64,000 nucleotides of DNA from Chloroflexota bacterium (lineage in GTDB: Bacteria; Chloroflexota; UBA11872; VXOZ01): contig CAXXVD010000003.1 of assembly GCA_963662335.2 (NCBI GenBank), forward strand, positions 224,001 to 288,000. The letters run 5' to 3'. The notes under the pieces were generated by a model, which ran no database searches, was not told the origin of the DNA, and saw nothing but the letters and a program-made list of their open reading frames with translations. The translations under genes and the position numbers were made by a program. Below, one piece after another: positions 59,701 to 64,000 of the stretch (its first letter is position 1; each line of letters begins with the position of its first letter).

Positions 59701-61691
59701 TGATACCGGTGACGATCAACGTGACGGACGTGAATGAAGCGCCCGAGTTCGACGACGGCGCCTCCACCAGCCGCGGCATTGCCGAGAATTCTGCCGCCGG
59801 CGCAAACGTGGGCAAGGCGGTGACGGCAACGGATCCCGAGGGCGACACATTGACGTATAGCCTCGGCGGGACAGACGCGGCCAAGTTCAACATCGGCAGT
59901 TCCACCGGCCAGATAACGGTGAAGGCCGGCAACATCCCGGACTATGAAGCCAAGACGTCGTACCGCGTTACGGTGAACGTGACGGACGGGAAGAACGGCA
60001 GCGGCGGCAGCGACACGACGATCGACGACACGATCGACGTAACCATCAACGTGACGGACGTGAACGAGCCGCCGCCGGCGCCGGCCGCGCCGGCGGTGGC
60101 GCAGAATGCCGCCACGCCCAAGACCAAGCTGGACGTGAGTTGGACGGCGCCCGACGTGACCGGCAAGCCGGCCATCACGGACTACGACGTGCAGTACAAG
60201 AAGAAGAGCGAGTCCACCTGGACGGCGCACAGCTTCACGGGCACGGGCACGAGCACGACGCTGACGGGCTTGAGCGAGGGCACGACCTACGAGGTGCAGG
60301 TGAAGGCCGGCAACGACGAGGGGAACAGCGGCTGGTCGGACAGCGGCACGGGCACGACCCAGGGCAAGAACCTGCCGCCGGGATTCCCGGACATTCCCAA
60401 CGGCGGGACGAGCCTGAACCGCAGCATCGCGGAAAACTCGCCGGTGGGAACGAACGTGGGCACGCCCGTGAAGGCCGCGGACACGGAAAGCGACACCCTG
60501 TACTACGAGCTGGATGGGATGGACAGCGCCAAGTTCGACATCGGCGAGACCACCGGACAGATTACGGTGAAGGCGGGGAACATCCCCGACTATGAAGCCA
60601 GGAGTTCGTACAGCGTGAAGGTGAGCGTAAGCGACCGGAAGGACGCCGACGGCAACCCGGATACGGCGATCGACGACTCGATCGCGGTGACGGTCACGGT
60701 GACGGACGTAGCGGAGCCGCCGGCGACGCCGGACGCGCCGACGGTGAAGGTGAATGCGTACTCGCCGACGAGCAAACTGGACGTGAGTTGGGATGCGCCG
60801 GACATGACGGGCAAGCCGGCCATTACGGACTACGACGTGCGGTTCCGCTACGTAGGCGGGACGAACTGGCAGAGCCGCGATCACACCGGCACGGGCACGG
60901 GCACGAGCATCGACAGATTGCTCCACGACACGACGTATGAAGTGCAGGTGAAGGCGAAGAACGACGAGGGCGAGAGCGGCTGGTCGGCGTCGGGCACGGC
61001 CACGACGGATTCGCCGAGCGCGGATTTCAATGACCCGGCGCCGCCGCTGGCGCTAGATCCAAATCCCTCGCCGCCGCTGATACCGATACCGGGGCCGCCG
61101 AACGTGATTGGCACGAGCGCCTGCGCGACGACCCATGACCTGGGGAGGACGATCCGGTTGATACGGAAGGACGGCGGCGCGGATCTGAACATCGAGATTG
61201 GGTCGATCTCGGCCGACGGCAGCCGCGTGGTGGTGGCTGGCTTCATCCGCGATGACGACCAGGGGCAGACCTATAGCATCGTGCGCTACGAGGCCGACGG
61301 CCGCGTGGTGCGGCTGTGGGTGGATCCGGACGATCCGTTGATCCAACAGATACCGTGGGACGTGGTGAACTCGCAGTACACGGTGCCGGTGTGCGTGGTG
61401 GTGGCGATCCCGTTGGACGATCAGTTTCCGGCTCAGGGGCAACTGGTGCGGCGGTTCGACGGGGCCGACGACCGGATCTTCCGGCACGTGGGCAACCTGG
61501 AGTGGCGGCAGATACCGGACTTAGGGACGTTCCAGGGCATGGGACTGTACTGGTGCAACGTGACGGCGGCGGACTCGGAGTTTTTCAAGCGGATCAACAT
61601 TGGCGCGCCGCTGCCCAGCGGCGGCATGGATCCCCAGGTGGGCTATCCTTCGTGTTGGAAGTGGGAGCAGAAGGGTCCCCGCTCCCGCTGA
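53784..61691 (+). CDS. giant secreted adhesin: Pro/Thr repeats, fibronectin III, He_PIG/Ig-like and cadherin domains, unique C-terminal domain
   Basis: Signal peptide; nine cadherin-like units (SxxEN..., LDYE/PDYE, VTDVNE) alternating with seven LDVSW-type FN3 units. Start 53784 or 53796. Confidence 0.95.
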   Translation: MERVMGSTASRGRLSARNRWLGWSALALAVIAVSFLAFSHTARADSASGPLDPAFGAAGVLSDTNTPKSEPTPTPTPEPTPTPEPTATPTPTPEPTPTPTPTPEPTPTPEPTATPTATPEPTPTPTPEPTPTPTPEPTPTPTPEPTPTPTSTPTPTPTPTPTPEPTPTPKPTATPTPEPTPEPLVDGKVDLYAERDAGGASASISWSRYTEAGFDYYRLVVCDETQYDGYSCSGTVYQSEAHYNVNETGPETVTGLDPYTKYGIILQVWRKAVSGALKFRAVLPALPEPTPTPTPEPKPTPTPTPEPTATPTPTPEPTATPTPTPTPTPTPTPQALAEPPAGVSASRGDGTLTVSWNAVAGASGYNVNWTSDHKASWSRGASSVSGTSVTLTGIDDSKEYYVAVQAENANGVSGWTESSLIGAVEAKPTPTPTPTPTPAPELAPSFGDAAVADQSYQVNTAITTLTLPAATGGGETLTYALTPALPAGLTFDAAARTLSGTATAAAASAIYYYTATDGTDSAMLSFSIEVTAAEEQAQAAAGLTWVTTPPTKLEWTQGTAVNVTLPAATGDPNISYHLRDGCGSTNAKLPQGITWNASTRTLSGTPTKWFATRVGCYQASASNKGAPNAIIHIRAADTAGNHAPYASIKSSGAQLVAQLWSKYGHCYSGSITFAPSSGHTKHFYDPEDDTLTYTAGSDKIVSTTINSSGYAVATLRHPTLNWHSFHYTATDPDGLYDSISLQVKHFDCKETMSVQENKPKDTVVGSVGGGNAADGSSFSISGDAATYFDMNSSTGQITVKDGTTLDYETTKSYSGKFRYTVENKSMGGDLAINVNDVRAPNMGRPTLAQNATNPTTSLDVSWVAPTPMAGTTLNDYDVQYRERGTSTWSAIPDTTNSTTTSATITGLTAGKEYEVQVRSQIADEGPGHWSVSSMILYVAENTAANGNVGGIFNVKATDFYPMGFTLGGTDGSKFKMSTNTGYKTDQSGQIQVKSGTTLDYETKSVYTATLRINEWNQANRNLQDYTHSLFIYVTDVNEPPAKPAAPTVAANSTTPTTKLDVSWTAPTMTGKPAITDYDVQYRKVGDSTWSSHSHTGTATTAALTGLTAGKTYEVQVRATNAEGTSSWSDSGTAITEAGGVTRSVDENTAAGENVGAAVTAKANSKYTYTHSLSGTDASSFTIESGTGQIKVKTGTSLDYETTTSYSVTVTVAVSAVTVTSSSQSVDPNAPGNYVIPVTINVTDVNEPPPKPAAPTVAKHASSPKAKLDVSWTALTTTQMNGKPAVSDYDVQYRKIGDSTWSAHSHTGTGTSATLTGLTAGKAYDVQVRAVNAEGNGAWSDSGRAVTESGDVTRSVAENSAAGTNVGSAVTMTGGGYKFVHTLSGTDAGKFEISSSTGQITVKSGTSLDYDTKTSYSVTVGIAVTGTGNGQSEANAPGNYVIPVTINVTDVNEKPTFSATPTRSIAENSTAGTNVGTAFTATDPESDTLTYTLTGTDAAKFNIGSATGQITVKTGNVPNYEAKTSYSVTVNVTDGKKADGTADATIDDTVNVTINVTDVNEPPAKPAAPSVAQNATTPKTKLDVSWTAPDMTGKPAITGYDVQYKQSSDSNWTAHSFTGTGTSTTLTGLTGGTSYDVQVKAINDEGNSGWSDSGTGTTQATNLNPTLPAPPHGQTSLSRSIAENSPAGTNVGAAVTASDTEGDTLTYTLSGTDAAKFDIGANTGQITVKAGNVPDYESKSSYSVTVEVSDKKDGNGNADTKIDDTIDVTIDVTDVNEPPGKPENLTVTPNSSTPESKLELSWDAPDMTGKPALAGYDVQYRLAGASNWTAKSHSGTGTSATLSGLTAGKTYEARVRAKNDEGESGWASGQSITDGSAVTRSVAENAAAGTNVGAAVTAASNPNNYTLTHSLSGTDAGSFTIESGSGQLKVKSGANLDYETKSAYSVIVTVKAAEAQTQGAQKQSLEPNAPGNYVIPVTINVTDVNEAPEFDDGASTSRGIAENSAAGANVGKAVTATDPEGDTLTYSLGGTDAAKFNIGSSTGQITVKAGNIPDYEAKTSYRVTVNVTDGKNGSGGSDTTIDDTIDVTINVTDVNEPPPAPAAPAVAQNAATPKTKLDVSWTAPDVTGKPAITDYDVQYKKKSESTWTAHSFTGTGTSTTLTGLSEGTTYEVQVKAGNDEGNSGWSDSGTGTTQGKNLPPGFPDIPNGGTSLNRSIAENSPVGTNVGTPVKAADTESDTLYYELDGMDSAKFDIGETTGQITVKAGNIPDYEARSSYSVKVSVSDRKDADGNPDTAIDDSIAVTVTVTDVAEPPATPDAPTVKVNAYSPTSKLDVSWDAPDMTGKPAITDYDVRFRYVGGTNWQSRDHTGTGTGTSIDRLLHDTTYEVQVKAKNDEGESGWSASGTATTDSPSADFNDPAPPLALDPNPSPPLIPIPGPPNVIGTSACATTHDLGRTIRLIRKDGGADLNIEIGSISADGSRVVVAGFIRDDDQGQTYSIVRYEADGRVVRLWVDPDDPLIQQIPWDVVNSQYTVPVCVVVAIPLDDQFPAQGQLVRRFDGADDRIFRHVGNLEWRQIPDLGTFQGMGLYWCNVTAADSEFFKRINIGAPLPSGGMDPQVGYPSCWKWEQKGPRSR

Positions 61692-62209
61692 CCCCAAGGC
61701 CCCGCAAACGCGCGACAGAGAACCGGGCGAGTGCTCAGAGCAGGCGTCTGGGAGAGACCGCCCCGCAGGCAGGAACTGCCGCGGGGCGGTTTACTTTAGT
61801 TGGGTTATCTTGGTGGTGCGTGATTGTCGCTCCGAGCGCAGGGTCGAACAGAGATTGCGGAATCTGGTGTTCTCACCGCATGCGGTCTCGCAACCTGACA
61901 TCCGAGATTCCTCACACCGATTGGAATGACGGCAAGGAGAGCAATCAACGTAGCGCGGGGGAGGAGAGGGATAACGTAGCGCGGGGGCTTGTCCCCCGCC
62001 TGAGGCGAGCGCCGCAATCGCTACCCCTCTTCCAAGATATGAGGGCGAACGGACTTGTGGTTGGTTCAGCGCGGCGGATTCCCTCAGCGCCCCTGACATT
62101 TCCTCAGATTCCCTGATATCCCCCCCCCAGATTTTCCGGGAATTCCTGAGATTCCCCGAAATTTCCGCGGACTTTCTCCGATTTTCTCGCATTTTCCGGC
62201 TGAAACCCC

Positions 62210-62238
62210 TTGCGCTATCTGTTCGCGTACGATATTAT
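62210..62238 (+). promoter_or_regulatory. putative promoter of adhesin 2 (TTGCGC-N17-TATTAT) preceded by 10-bp phased repeats
   Basis: Conserved with 53085-53113, including the AAACCCC prefix and TTCGCG in the spacer. Confidence 0.6.
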
Positions 62239-62489
62239 CTTTGCAATAGTTGTTGGACGAAACGAATGCAGAATGCTGTTAAAGCACATGCAAGAAGACA
62301 GTGATGACTTGCCGCAGAGTACATTGAGAGCGCGCGCGGGTAGTTTGCATACAGCGCGTAGTGGCAACGAGGAAGTGGCGCAGCCGGTGTAGCCAATCGG
62401 CTGCGAAAGACGCAGCAGAGCAGAGGAAGGAACGGAACGAGACAGTTGGTTGACCTGAACTTGAGCGTGGCCGCCGCGAGCGGATGGCA

Positions 62490-64000
62490 CGCTCGCAGGT
62501 AGCGCCGCCAGCGCGCGCTCGCCGAAGAGCGCGGCAAGCCACAGTTTTGCGGTTGGAGTGAAAGGGCTTGCCGGACGAATTCGGCGACAACGGCGCGCGG
62601 CGGTCGGGGAGAGAGTTCGGCAGCGGTTGGAAAGCTATGGAGCGTGTCATGGGTAGCACAGCGTCTCGCGGTAGATTGAGCGCACGGAACCGGTGGATTG
62701 GATGGTCGGCCCTCGCGCTGGCCGTCATTGTGGTGAGTCTCCTGGCATTCTCGCATACCGCGCGCGCGGACAGCGCGAGCGGCCCGCTGGACCCCGCGTT
62801 TGGCGCGGCGGGCGTCTTAAGCGATACGAATACCCCGAAGTCCGAACCCACGCCGACCCCTACGCCCGAACCCACGCCAACGCCTGAACCGACGGCTACG
62901 CCTGAGCCTACGCCAACACCTACGCCTGAGCCTACGCCAACGCCGACACCTACGCCTGAGCCTACGCCGACGCCTACGCCTGAGCCTACGCCGACGCCTA
63001 CGCCTGAACCGACACCTACGCCTACGCCTGAACCGACACCTACGCCTACGCCTGAACCGACACCTACGCCTACGCCTGAGCCTACGCCGACGCCTACGCC
63101 TGAACCCACGCCAACACCGACGCCTACGCCAACACCGACACCTGAGCCAACGCCGACGCCTAAACCCACGGCCACCCCGACGCCGGAACCGACGCCTGAG
63201 CCGTTAGTCGACGGCAAGGTGGATCTCTACGCGGAGCGGGACGCCGGCGGCGCGTCCGCCTCGATATCGTGGAGCCGCTATACGGAAGCCGGTTTCGACT
63301 ACTATCGCCTGGTGGTCTGCGACGAGACGCAGTACGACGGCTATTCGTGCAGCGGCACGGTCTACCAGAGCGAGGCGCACTACGACGTGAACGAAACCGG
63401 TCCGGAGACCGTGACCGGCCTGGACCCCTACACCAAGTACGGGATCATCTTGCAGGTGTGGCGCAAGGCCGTAAGCGGGGCGCTGAAGTTCCGCGCCGTG
63501 TTGCCGGCCCTGCCGGAGCCCACGCCGACGCCGACGCCTGAGCCGACGGCCACGCCAACGCCTGAGCCAACGGCCACGCCGACGCCAACGCCTGAGCCGA
63601 CGGCCACGCCGACGCCAACGCCTGAGCCGACGGCCACGCCGACGCCAACGCCTGAGCCGACGGCCACGCCGACGCCAACGCCTGAGCCGACGGCCACGCC
63701 GACGCCGACGCCTGAGCCGACGGCCACGCCGACGCCGACGCCTGAGCCGACGGCCACGCCGACACCGACGCCAACGCCGACCCCAACGCCGACGCCGCAG
63801 GCGCTGGCGGGGCCGCCGGCCGGCGTCAGCGCGTCGCGGGGCGACGGCACGTTGACGGTATCGTGGAACGCGGTGGCAGGCGCGAGCGGCTACAACGTCA
63901 ACTGGACCAGCGACCACAAGGCAAGCTGGACTCGGGGCGCCAGCAGCGTGAGCGGGACGAGCGTCACGCTGACCGGCATCGACGATAGCAAAGAATACTA
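62490..64000 (+). repeat. near-identical direct duplicate of 53637-54985
   Basis: Leader, signal peptide and FN3 coding regions differ by scattered substitutions only; the PT tracts differ in unit number. Confidence 0.95.
62637..64000 (+). CDS. second adhesin paralogue, 5' part (runs off the window)
   Basis: Open frame [12 protein letters not shown]... matching the adhesin 1 N-terminus; no stop before the window end. Confidence 0.92.
   Translation, partial: MERVMGSTASRGRLSARNRWIGWSALALAVIVVSLLAFSHTARADSASGPLDPAFGAAGVLSDTNTPKSEPTPTPTPEPTPTPEPTATPEPTPTPTPEPTPTPTPTPEPTPTPTPEPTPTPTPEPTPTPTPEPTPTPTPEPTPTPTPEPTPTPTPEPTPTPTPTPTPTPEPTPTPKPTATPTPEPTPEPLVDGKVDLYAERDAGGASASISWSRYTEAGFDYYRLVVCDETQYDGYSCSGTVYQSEAHYDVNETGPETVTGLDPYTKYGIILQVWRKAVSGALKFRAVLPALPEPTPTPTPEPTATPTPEPTATPTPTPEPTATPTPTPEPTATPTPTPEPTATPTPTPEPTATPTPTPEPTATPTPTPEPTATPTPTPTPTPTPTPQALAGPPAGVSASRGDGTLTVSWNAVAGASGYNVNWTSDHKASWTRGASSVSGTSVTLTGIDDSKEY

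Overview
GC-rich bacterial chromosomal segment. The gene content suggests a Chloroflexota-like, probably host-associated (possibly sponge) organism; this is inference from the surface-protein repertoire. Core genes are lepA, pepF, ispE, corA, tRNA-Val(CAC), a liv-type ABC operon with two binding proteins, two cytochromes c, a SulP transporter and a histidine kinase. They are interleaved with (i) exported repeat or eukaryote-like proteins: a PD40 double propeller, a 28-repeat RCC1-like lipoprotein, a TIMP-like protein, a CD109/TEP-like thioester lipoprotein and two tandem PT/FN3/cadherin adhesin genes; (ii) two visibly lower-GC, defence-like inserts, one carrying a higBA remnant, an MTase-HNH fusion and two overlapping unknown genes, the other a single NDT/TIR-like P-loop ATPase; and (iii) several families of intergenic palindromic repeats plus a 21-bp tandem array. 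The best candidate for an undescribed system is a tandem pair of NCS2 permeases with altered signature motifs fused to a degenerate RsbW-like GHKL domain. Other candidates are the animal-type thioester protein, the swappable N-terminal surface-display module and the defence inserts. No CRISPR array, rRNA, integrase or transposase was recognised. All family assignments come from motif recognition by eye; no database searches were run.
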